From contig JAGBSX010000038.1 of NCBI GenBank assembly GCA_017631635.1, positions 1 through 60,283 on the forward strand: 60,283 nucleotides of DNA, given 5' to 3'. The stretch comes from Clostridia bacterium (GTDB lineage Bacteria > Bacillota > Clostridia > Christensenellales > RUG350). This document shows, one piece after another, positions 20,651 through 28,286 of this stretch (positions are counted from its first letter, which is position 1; each line of letters opens with the position of its first letter). The notes under the pieces were generated by a model. That model was not told the origin of the DNA and searched no databases. It saw nothing but the letters and a program-made list of their open reading frames with translations. A program made the position numbers and the translations under genes.

Positions 20651-21289
20651 ATGACTAATGTAATGGATATAATTGCCCAAGTCGGCATAGTCCCTGTCGT
20701 CAAGATAAACGACGTGACCAAAGCAGTACCACTAGCCAATGCACTAGTAGCAGGTGGTATCAACGTAGCAGAGATTACCTTCCGTACCTCATGTGCAGCA
20801 GAGGCTATAGCCAAAGTAAGTACAGAATGCCCAGATATGGTAGTAGGTGCAGGTACTGTGTTAAACGTAGCCCAAGCCAAGCAAGCCATAGATGCAGGCG
20901 CAAAATTTATAGTGTCCCCAGGATACAGCAGAGACGTGGTTAAATATTGTCAATCTCAAGGCGTTGCAGTATTGCCAGGTTGTATTACTCCTACCGAGAT
21001 AATGATGGCACTAGAAGATGGACTCAACGTAGTCAAGTTCTTCCCAGCCAAAGAGTTCGGTGGACTCCCTGCTATGAAGGCTCTATCAGCACCTTTTGCA
21101 CAAGTTAAATTTATGCCTACAGGTGGAGTCAGCCTAGAGAATTTGGCAGAATTCATATCAGCCAAGTTTATATATGCTTGTGGTGGTACTTTTATGGTAA
21201 AAGACACTCTCATCAATGAGGGTAAGTTTGATGAGATAACCAAGTTGTCAAAATTAGCGACAGATATAGTAAAGGAGATAAGAGGATGA
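20651..21289 (+). CDS. eda: 2-dehydro-3-deoxyphosphogluconate (KDPG) / 4-hydroxy-2-oxoglutarate aldolase
   Basis: About 212 aa. VPVVKI, EITFRT, GAGTVL and the FKFFPA-like VKFFPA (Schiff-base Lys context) motifs of class I KDPG aldolase. Confidence 0.9.
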   Translation: MTNVMDIIAQVGIVPVVKINDVTKAVPLANALVAGGINVAEITFRTSCAAEAIAKVSTECPDMVVGAGTVLNVAQAKQAIDAGAKFIVSPGYSRDVVKYCQSQGVAVLPGCITPTEIMMALEDGLNVVKFFPAKEFGGLPAMKALSAPFAQVKFMPTGGVSLENLAEFISAKFIYACGGTFMVKDTLINEGKFDEITKLSKLATDIVKEIRG

Positions 21290-22305
21290 AAGTAGTTTGT
21301 TTTGGAGAAATTATGTTGAGGTTAGCCCCAGAAGGCTATTATAGATTTGTACAAGCAGATAAGTTTACTGCTACTTATGGCGGTGGGGAGGCCAACGTGT
21401 CCGTATCACTAGCCAATTATGGTATGAATGCTTCATACGTAACCAAGTTGCCTGATAATGATATAGCACAATCTTGTATCAATAGTCTACGTCAATTTGG
21501 TGTGGATACTTCTGACATAGTCAGAGGTGGAGAGCGTATAGGTATATATTTCCTAGAGAAAGGCGCTTCTCAACGTCCTAGCAAGGTAATATATGATAGA
21601 GCATACAGCGCTATCGCTATGGCAAAGAGAGAAGACTTTGACTGGGAGAATATACTAGACGGTGCTACTTGGTTTCATTTTACAGGTATCACCCCAGCCC
21701 TATCTGACAACTGCGCAGAGATATGTCTAGATGCTGTCCAAACGGCTAAGAAGATGGGTATCACAGTATCTTGCGACCTAAATTATCGCAAGAAACTATG
21801 GTCAAAGGCAAAAGCAGGCGAGGTAATGAGTAAACTCGCTCCTTATATCGACGTGTGTATCGCCAACGAAGAAGATGCAGGCGACGTATTTGGTATCAAA
21901 GCCGACAACACCGATATCTCTGGAGGCAAACTATCTCATGATGGATACAAGAGCGTAGCCAAGCAACTAGTAGACAAATTTGGATTTAAGAAGGTGGCTA
22001 TCACCCTAAGAGGTAGTATATCTGCTAATGACAATAACTGGGCTGCTATGCTATACGACGGTCAAGAATATTATTTCTCCAAGAACTATCTAATCCACAT
22101 AGTAGACAGAGTAGGTGGTGGAGATAGTTTTGGTGGTGGATTGATATATGCACTATCCAATGGATTTTCTATGCAAGACACTATCGAGTTCGCAGTCGCT
22201 GCTAGTTGTCTAAAGCACTCTATAGAAGGTGACTACAATATGGTATCCGTAGACGAAGTGCTCAAACTAGCCCAAGGTGATGGCTCTGGTAGAGTTCAAC
22301 GTTAA
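21286..22305 (+). CDS. kdgK: 2-dehydro-3-deoxygluconokinase (PfkB family)
   Basis: 339 aa. N-terminal FGEIMLRL, GGGEANVSVSLA and C-terminal VGGGDSFGGGLIY motifs. Translationally coupled to eda (ATGA). Confidence 0.88.
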   Translation: MKVVCFGEIMLRLAPEGYYRFVQADKFTATYGGGEANVSVSLANYGMNASYVTKLPDNDIAQSCINSLRQFGVDTSDIVRGGERIGIYFLEKGASQRPSKVIYDRAYSAIAMAKREDFDWENILDGATWFHFTGITPALSDNCAEICLDAVQTAKKMGITVSCDLNYRKKLWSKAKAGEVMSKLAPYIDVCIANEEDAGDVFGIKADNTDISGGKLSHDGYKSVAKQLVDKFGFKKVAITLRGSISANDNNWAAMLYDGQEYYFSKNYLIHIVDRVGGGDSFGGGLIYALSNGFSMQDTIEFAVAASCLKHSIEGDYNMVSVDEVLKLAQGDGSGRVQR

Positions 22306-22317
22306 ATATAAAAATTA

Positions 22318-22346
22318 TCCCTCTCGTCTGAGAGGGATTTTTTTTA
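22318..22346. terminator. Intrinsic terminator between the convergent kdgK and ferritin-like genes
   Basis: Stem TCCCTCTC / GAGAGGGA with a GTCT loop, followed by T9. Confidence 0.85.
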
Positions 22347-22655
22347 TTTTTTCATCATATTAAATTCTTCTATACCTTTATTTATATAGTACTTTTGATA
22401 TGGTGCTAGATACTCTAGTAGCCCCAATAGTTCTCCTATATGTACCAATTCTTCATTTCTGATACTACACCACGTCTCACGTGCTAGTTCCTCACGAGTA
22501 GAGTGCAAATGATTGTCGTATTCTATGACTGCTTGTATTTCGCCGATTAAATCTTGGCGTACCTTTTGCAAAGTGTCAAAGTCAATTATCTTGCTGTCAT
22601 CAATTGCAGGCGAGCATTTGTCTTCTTCAGAATATTTATTATACATATAAAACAT
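22344..22655 (-). CDS. Ferritin-like protein of the EncFtn (encapsulated-ferritin) type, orphan
   Basis: 103 aa with a GGAGGG RBS. GEIQAVIEYDNHL...IRNEELVHIGELLGLLEYL matches the E-x2-AV-x2-Y-D ... R-(D/N)-EE-x2-H ... LE(W/Y)L di-iron pattern of EncFtn proteins as I remember it (e.g. Rhodospirillum rubrum EncFtn). Confidence 0.55.
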   Translation of the reverse strand: MFYMYNKYSEEDKCSPAIDDSKIIDFDTLQKVRQDLIGEIQAVIEYDNHLHSTREELARETWCSIRNEELVHIGELLGLLEYLAPYQKYYINKGIEEFNMMKK

Positions 22656-22701
22656 ATAAACCCTCCTATGTAGTATATGAATATTAAAGTTCTTTTGCGA
22701 T

Positions 22702-22762
22702 TACCCACCCGTTCAAGTCCTAAAAAAAAAAAGAACGCTCTGTCGAGGGTTCTTTTTGGTGC
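22702..22762. repeat. Direct repeat copy A (61 nt; flank, terminator hairpin and TGGTGC)
   Basis: TACCCACCCGTTCAAGTCCT, an A-run, then AGAACGCTCTGTCGAGGGTTCTTTTTGGTGC. Near-identical to 22851-22911, 149 bp away. Confidence 0.9.
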
Positions 22763-22850
22763 TAGATGAGTGGGACTTGCTCCATTTCGCTTTCGCTACA
22801 TTATCACGCCGGGGTGGCGACATCTCCACAGGAGATATCGGTCTAAAGAC
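22757..22850 (-). other. tRNA-3'-end-like remnant / candidate structured RNA ('X') ending in ...CAAGTCCCACTCATCTAGCACCA
   Basis: It occupies the position equivalent to tRNA-Leu in the upstream repeat unit. It shares CAAGTCCCACT and GCACCA with the tRNA 3' end, but no cloverleaf can be drawn. It contains a 10-bp hairpin (CGATATCTCC-TGT-GGAGATGTCG) and is followed by its own terminator hairpin and T-run. Confidence 0.35.
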
Positions 22851-22911
22851 TACCCACCCGTTCAAGTCCTTGATAAAAAAAGAACGCTCTGTCGAGTGTT
22901 CTTTTTGGTGC
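22851..22911. repeat. Direct repeat copy B (61 nt), including the terminator of tRNA-Leu
   Basis: TACCCACCCGTTCAAGTCCT, TGATAAAAAA, then AGAACGCTCTGTCGAGTGTTCTTTTTGGTGC. The hairpin AGAACGCTC-TGTC-GAGTGTTCT is followed by a T-run on the - strand. Confidence 0.9.
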
Positions 22912-22992
22912 CGAAAGTGGGACTTGAACCCACACGATGTCGCCATCTTCGGATTTTGAGTCCGACGCGTCTGCCAATTCCACCATTTCGGC
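22906..22992 (-). tRNA. tRNA-Leu (anticodon CAA), CCA encoded
   Basis: The hand-folded cloverleaf has these parts: acceptor GCCGAAA/TTTCGGC; anticodon stem TCGGA/TCCGA with loop CTCAAAA; long variable arm GATG-GCGA-CATC; T-arm GTGGG-TTCAAGT-CCCAC; discriminator A followed by CCA. Confidence 0.93.
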
Positions 22993-23025
22993 AAATTTAT
23001 TGTGCTCTCGTGCGATTGCCTAAAC

Positions 23026-23054
23026 ATATTAACACAAATTTTTTAACTTTGCAA
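23026..23054 (-). promoter_or_regulatory. Promoter of tRNA-Leu
   Basis: On the - strand: TTGCAA (23054-23049), 17 nt, TAATAT (23031-23026), about 33 nt upstream of the tRNA 5' end. Confidence 0.5.
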
Positions 23055-23155
23055 GAGATTTGTGGTAGATATTTTTTATTTTACTTGTTTTTTTTCATAC
23101 TTTTTTATATAATTATACTGTATTATTATATTCGTAGGATAAAATTCACTCAATT

Positions 23156-24703
23156 ATGCCCCAAAATGATGAATTACCAAAGAAAAATAGACTGTTTAAT
23201 TATAGACCAGCAGTAGTTGTTCTATTGTTTATAGTCTTAGCAATATTACTTGCAGGTTTATTGATGCAAGTTAGTTTTGCGTATATTATCATTACTAGTT
23301 TATGCGTGATTAGTGTTATATTGCTCGTTATATTTAGGAGCAAGGTCAAGCATTTTATTTCACTTATTATCGGTATAGTTTGTTTTGGACTGATGTTTGG
23401 ATATTCGACGATTACTCTCAATTCAACTATTCAGCGCTATGATATGGATATAGTCAATGCCACGATACGTATTAATTATGTGTCACAAGATGCAGACAAG
23501 ATATTTGCAGACGTATACATAGCCGATACCCAACTAGTCGGTCAAGCGAGGGTAGAGTCTATGCCTATGTACTTTGACTCGACCACCCTAGAGACTGGTC
23601 AGGTATTTGACTGTGTGATAAGTATTTCCTCAAACCAAGCCGTTTATGATACTCTGTCCTACAATAGTGACTATTTTGTACAAGATATTAGGTATCTAGT
23701 AGAGGTTGATATGATATACGGGGTAGATACGTCGCCACTTACACTCATAGAGAGTATAAGGGGACATATCACGGATATAGTATATTCTGTGCTTGGCCCA
23801 GATGAAGCAGGGATATCCTTGGCTCTCATATTGGGAGACAAATACAATATTTCGCAAGACCTAAAATCATCCTTTTCTACTAGTGGATTGTCTCACGTAC
23901 TCGCTATATCAGGTCTACACGTCACTATACTGGCGTCCATGGTCACTTTCTTTTTGTCCAAGACAAAACTCGGTATCAAAAAGAGTAGTATCATATCTAT
24001 ATTTGTAGCGCTAATATACGTATTTATCAGTGGATTTGCTCCTTCTAGTGTGAGAGCGCTCATAATGTATGCATTGATGGTGCTGATATATGTATTTGTC
24101 AAACAACACGATCAACTGACTTCTCTCGCGCTATCGGCTATAATTATACTCTTTATCAATCCTATGTATCTATATTATCTAGGCTTTTTGATGAGTTATT
24201 CTGCCGTGTTAGGTATTATACTGTGCGCATCAAATATATCCCAGTCTAGACTACTGGAGAGATTGCCAAAGTGGTTGGTTGACATAATATCCACATCTTT
24301 GGCTGTCAACGTCACTATGCTACCTATACTAGCAGATACTTTTGGCTCTTTGCCTGTGATATCTATACTCTCAAACGTGCTAATACTACCTATTATGTCA
24401 ATACTTATGACGTTGTTGATGGTAGTGGTGATTGTGGTGAGTATATTGCCCTTTTGCAAATTTTTACTATTTGTACCAGGTGTATTGATATATTATCTTG
24501 AGTACGTAGCGATATTCTTAGGAGGTAGTGCTATATCTACTATCAAACTAGCAGGTATGAGTTGGTTGAGTTTGCCTTATTATTCATCTCTAGTCGTTGC
24601 TAGTGATTATTGTGGCGCGAGTCGTAGAGTGAAGATAAATGCTAGTATCTTGGCGAGCATGATAGTTGTAGGATTTGTAGTAGTCAGTAGCATAGTTTTG
24701 TAG
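23156..24703 (+). CDS. comEC: ComEC/Rec2-family DNA internalisation channel protein (short form, no metallo-beta-lactamase domain)
   Basis: 515 aa. N-terminal transmembrane helices plus a DUF4131-like OB region, then the competence domain with GLSHVLAISGLHV and multiple transmembrane helices. The protein ends within the membrane domain. Confidence 0.8.
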   Translation: MPQNDELPKKNRLFNYRPAVVVLLFIVLAILLAGLLMQVSFAYIIITSLCVISVILLVIFRSKVKHFISLIIGIVCFGLMFGYSTITLNSTIQRYDMDIVNATIRINYVSQDADKIFADVYIADTQLVGQARVESMPMYFDSTTLETGQVFDCVISISSNQAVYDTLSYNSDYFVQDIRYLVEVDMIYGVDTSPLTLIESIRGHITDIVYSVLGPDEAGISLALILGDKYNISQDLKSSFSTSGLSHVLAISGLHVTILASMVTFFLSKTKLGIKKSSIISIFVALIYVFISGFAPSSVRALIMYALMVLIYVFVKQHDQLTSLALSAIIILFINPMYLYYLGFLMSYSAVLGIILCASNISQSRLLERLPKWLVDIISTSLAVNVTMLPILADTFGSLPVISILSNVLILPIMSILMTLLMVVVIVVSILPFCKFLLFVPGVLIYYLEYVAIFLGGSAISTIKLAGMSWLSLPYYSSLVVASDYCGASRRVKINASILASMIVVGFVVVSSIVL

Positions 24704-24710
24704 GTGTATA

Positions 24711-25679
24711 ATGAAAGTTAATTATCTAAAAAATTCAATAAACCAATCTCTCAAACCTCTATATTTTGTGACTGGAGAAGATGCTTATTTAGTAGACTCG
24801 GCACTAGATATTTTCAAGCAATATATTCTCGGCGATATGCCAGAATTAAATCTAAGTATTGTCGAAGAAGGTCAACTTAGAGAAGTCTTTAATCAAGCAT
24901 TTATGATGCCTTTTATGGCTGATTATAGATTGATTATCGTCAAAGGGTTGTTGTCAAAAACCAATGATATTGACAAAAATATACTCAAAGAGTATATATC
25001 AAACCCTAGCGATACTGCTGTGGTCGTATTTGTAGAAAATTCGCTCGATACGGTCAAAGAATTTAAGTCGGACTTGGTAGATTACGTAGATTGCTCGTAT
25101 CTAGACCTCGGAGAGTGTGAACAATTATTGAGAGAATACGCAGGTCAGCACTCTATTGTGGCTGATAATGCAGTATATAAGATGATAGTAGAGTACACGG
25201 ATAGAGATATGTCTAGAGCGACTATCGAAATATCAAAACTTGCTGATTATAAGCAAGGTACTATTACAATTGAGGACGTAGAACTTATGGTGACAAAGGA
25301 CGTAGAATACGCAGTATTCGAACTCTCAAATGCCATAGGTGTAGGCAATAGTAAAAAAGCAATGAACGTATTGGCATCGCTGATTGCTACAAATCTATCT
25401 CCAATGGCTATATTGAGTACTATTACGAATTATTATAGAAGAATGCTATTATTTTCATTGTCAGATGCTACTGTCGACGAGTTGGCGAAAGCCTATAAGA
25501 TTAAGCCTTATGCTGTAGATAAGGCGAGACAATCTGCCAAATCTTATACTCAACGAAATCTAAAAGCAATAGTAGACAAATTAGAAGAGATAGAGTATAT
25601 GTTCAAAAAAGGTATGTATCAAGAGGCTATGGCTCTAAATATAGCCATATACGAGTGCCTAAATATAAAGAGAGGTTAG
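24711..25679 (+). CDS. holA: DNA polymerase III subunit delta
   Basis: 322 aa, N-terminal PLYFVTGEDAYL pattern, and the conserved comEC-holA synteny of Firmicutes. Confidence 0.75.
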   Translation: MKVNYLKNSINQSLKPLYFVTGEDAYLVDSALDIFKQYILGDMPELNLSIVEEGQLREVFNQAFMMPFMADYRLIIVKGLLSKTNDIDKNILKEYISNPSDTAVVVFVENSLDTVKEFKSDLVDYVDCSYLDLGECEQLLREYAGQHSIVADNAVYKMIVEYTDRDMSRATIEISKLADYKQGTITIEDVELMVTKDVEYAVFELSNAIGVGNSKKAMNVLASLIATNLSPMAILSTITNYYRRMLLFSLSDATVDELAKAYKIKPYAVDKARQSAKSYTQRNLKAIVDKLEEIEYMFKKGMYQEAMALNIAIYECLNIKRG

Positions 25680-25680
25680 T

Positions 25681-26211
25681 GTGTTAGACAAGATTATCAA
25701 AAAGACTCCAACTTTGGTTATTAAGATAGCACTTTTACTAAGTTTTGGTATAAGCGGTGCTTATGAAGCATATTTGTCGCTTGTTTTGTCAAACGTATAT
25801 TTTCCTGAGATAACAATGAGTATGACGTATGTCGAATATCTAGTCGTGACGACGATTTCTTCGTGGTTGCTATACGAATTTGTTATATTCATAATATCTA
25901 GGATAATAATGTCGCTCAAGCATATGTTTACTGGTAGTATAATTGAATTAAAAAATACAATAGCCGTATTTACTATTATACTAAATCTAGCATTGGGACT
26001 AGCGTCTCTTATATATCTGTGTGGAGATATTTACTACGATTTATTTTCATTGTTTGTTCAAGTATTGTTAAATACAGTAGTATATTATTTGGCTTATCTA
26101 CACATAGACAAGAGATTCGTAAAAGCGCAGTATAGACCGAGAGTACTGCTACTATTTGCAATACCTATGGTAGTGCTAAACGTCGTCAATATACTAGGAG
26201 GTTTGATATGA
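25681..26211 (+). CDS. Hypothetical polytopic membrane protein
   Basis: 176-aa ORF with 5 hydrophobic helices, tightly packed between holA and the peptidase gene. No family recognised. Confidence 0.45.
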   Translation: MLDKIIKKTPTLVIKIALLLSFGISGAYEAYLSLVLSNVYFPEITMSMTYVEYLVVTTISSWLLYEFVIFIISRIIMSLKHMFTGSIIELKNTIAVFTIILNLALGLASLIYLCGDIYYDLFSLFVQVLLNTVVYYLAYLHIDKRFVKAQYRPRVLLLFAIPMVVLNVVNILGGLI

Positions 26212-27422
26212 AAAAAATCTCCATATATCTATTTGTTGTACTATGTACAATATCTATAGTTTTTGCAAATCTGCCTATGGCGTATGCCGATACAAATTCG
26301 TATGATTTTGGTTTGAAATCATATGAGTATGCGAGGGAGTTTGTGGGTGAAAATCCAGATAGAAAGGCAGTAGCCGATACTGTCGATAATAATGCTAGTG
26401 AGTACTTGTATAACTTCGCAAAATTATATACAAATCAATGCTATATTGATGAATTTATACACGCTGAGGACCTAGAACATACCACGTTGACTACTGGTCG
26501 CAACGTATACGTCGAAATAGGTGATATGAGCGAAAATGTTATCTTGATTATGTCTCATTACGACAACTATTACGTTGATGAAGCAGACAAAAATGAAGGC
26601 TTTTACAATGCGACGTCCATAGGTCTGACCATGTCGTTTGTAGAATATTTTTCTGAAAATATTCCTAGTGACTATGGTGTGTTTATTGCATTTTTGGATG
26701 CCGAAGAAACAGGTGCGTTTGGATCGGGAAGACTATGTTCTTATCTAATAGATAAGGGGTATTTAGACAAGATACTATTGAGTATTGATCTCGAATACGT
26801 AGGTGGAGGAGACAACTTGTATCTATATAGTGATGAATTGTGTAGAGAACACGAAACGTATTTTATGCAGACGTCTACTATTACCTCACTAACTCCAGTA
26901 CCAAACAATAAAAATGTGTTTTACGTAGCCAACAATAGTGGACTTAATTATCTTCATCCAGGGTTGAATACGAGTAATTCGTATTTTTATGCCAAAGACA
27001 TCCCTTGTATGACCTTCTTGGGTGGGTATTGGGCAAATGACGGTACTTTTTTCCTAGAGAGCGAAATCAATCCGTCCATTATGTATACAAAGTTAGATAA
27101 TTTTGACAATTTTGACTCCGTATATGGAACTAGTTGCAAGTTGAGATTGTCTCAACTAGGCGAGAGTATAGTAGTTATGGTAGATAGACAAGATTTTGTC
27201 GATACTATGATATCTAGCAAGACAAATCAAAACTTTTTGTTAAAATTACAAAAGTCAGCGTTTGATAGATTGATATGTATACCTGTTATACTAGGTATCG
27301 TTATAATCATAGTATTGAGATACAAAAATTTGTTAAAAAAATCTACAAAATCCCCAAAATCGACTCCAAGTCAATCAAATACCACTCAAGACAAAAAAGT
27401 TTTTGAAGAGTTTGGCTTATAG
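26208..27422 (+). CDS. Secreted M28-like metallopeptidase with C-terminal membrane anchor
   Basis: Signal peptide (ANLPMAYA/DT). SHYDNYY (His-x-Asp) and FLDAEETGAFGS (Asp/Glu-Glu) match M28 zinc-ligand motifs. A C-terminal transmembrane helix is followed by a K/S/T-rich tail. Confidence 0.5.
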   Translation: MKKISIYLFVVLCTISIVFANLPMAYADTNSYDFGLKSYEYAREFVGENPDRKAVADTVDNNASEYLYNFAKLYTNQCYIDEFIHAEDLEHTTLTTGRNVYVEIGDMSENVILIMSHYDNYYVDEADKNEGFYNATSIGLTMSFVEYFSENIPSDYGVFIAFLDAEETGAFGSGRLCSYLIDKGYLDKILLSIDLEYVGGGDNLYLYSDELCREHETYFMQTSTITSLTPVPNNKNVFYVANNSGLNYLHPGLNTSNSYFYAKDIPCMTFLGGYWANDGTFFLESEINPSIMYTKLDNFDNFDSVYGTSCKLRLSQLGESIVVMVDRQDFVDTMISSKTNQNFLLKLQKSAFDRLICIPVILGIVIIIVLRYKNLLKKSTKSPKSTPSQSNTTQDKKVFEEFGL

Positions 27423-27480
27423 TATCAAAAAACGCTTTATTTTTTAGTAATTATATTGTAAAATATAATTGGGTGATCTT

Positions 27481-28275
27481 ATGGATATTTATTTTATTAT
27501 CAACGTAGCAGTATGTATCATAGTAGGAGTTCTTTTTCTCATATTCTTCAAGAGTAGGAGTAATTTGAGGTCCGCATCTATTTATCTAGTCGTTATAATT
27601 GCAGCAGTTTTACTCAATTATTTCAACGTAGATGGCAAGTTGCAAGTAGCCGCAACTATCGGTACTTATGCAATGAACTTTATGATGATACTATTTTGCG
27701 TGATACATCAATCTTCGTTTAAGGCTATCAATGCACGCATCAATAGACCATTTAGAAGTAGCAACCTTGGTTCTACCAATACAGACGAAGAGTTGTCTGT
27801 CGCCGCTAGAGAAATAGTGCGTGCAGTTCAAAATATGGCAAAGAGTGACACAGGTGCGCTAATAATAATAGCCAAAGACAATATTCCCGAATACATTATG
27901 AATAGTGGAGTACAACTTGACGCCCAACTGTCATCTGGACTACTAGAGAGCATTTTTAACAAAAAATCACCTCTACACGACGGTGCAGTAATAGTCAAAG
28001 AAAATAGAGTGTTGGCGACAGGTTGCTTTCTGCCATTGTCTCAGGACAATGCCATATCCAAAGATTTAGGTACTCGCCATAGAGCAGCCATAGGTATATC
28101 TGAAGAAGCAAACGTTCTCAGTATCGTAGTTAGTGAAGAGACGGGTATTATATCTACCGTTGAGAGTGGCAATATCCGTAGATACATCACACCAGAGAAA
28201 TTAACCGAAGCGATAGAGAGTGCATTTGGTATCGTATCGCAACCATCAGCACCTCGTTCGCGTTTTCGCAGATAA
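27481..28275 (+). CDS. cdaA: Diadenylate cyclase CdaA (membrane-anchored DAC domain)
   Basis: Three N-terminal transmembrane helices, then DAC-domain motifs GALIII, SPLHDGAVIV, GTRHRAAIGISE and SEETG. Confidence 0.92.
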   Translation: MDIYFIINVAVCIIVGVLFLIFFKSRSNLRSASIYLVVIIAAVLLNYFNVDGKLQVAATIGTYAMNFMMILFCVIHQSSFKAINARINRPFRSSNLGSTNTDEELSVAAREIVRAVQNMAKSDTGALIIIAKDNIPEYIMNSGVQLDAQLSSGLLESIFNKKSPLHDGAVIVKENRVLATGCFLPLSQDNAISKDLGTRHRAAIGISEEANVLSIVVSEETGIISTVESGNIRRYITPEKLTEAIESAFGIVSQPSAPRSRFRR

Positions 28276-28286
28276 ATAGGAGATTT

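Noticed and set aside
22344-22655. Encapsulin nanocompartment operon
   Set aside because: Only the ferritin-like gene is present. No HK97-fold shell gene is adjacent or anywhere in the window, so no compartment system can be claimed here.
22757-22850. Idea that segment X is an ochre-suppressor tRNA (TTTA in a hairpin loop, GTC-TTTA-GAC) that could read the two in-frame TAA codons of the phosphorylase gene
   Set aside because: The loop is only 4 nt on a 3-bp stem. A 7-nt CTTTAGA anticodon loop has no pairing 5-bp stem. There is no acceptor 5' strand, D-arm or intact T-stem. X cannot be folded as a tRNA.
22713-23216. Track ORFs 22713-23027 (-), 22756-22959 (+) and 22770-23216 (+)
   Set aside because: They overlap the tRNA-Leu gene, its terminators and the direct repeats. 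They have no RBS and a composition typical of non-coding sequence. They are artefacts of an RNA-gene region.
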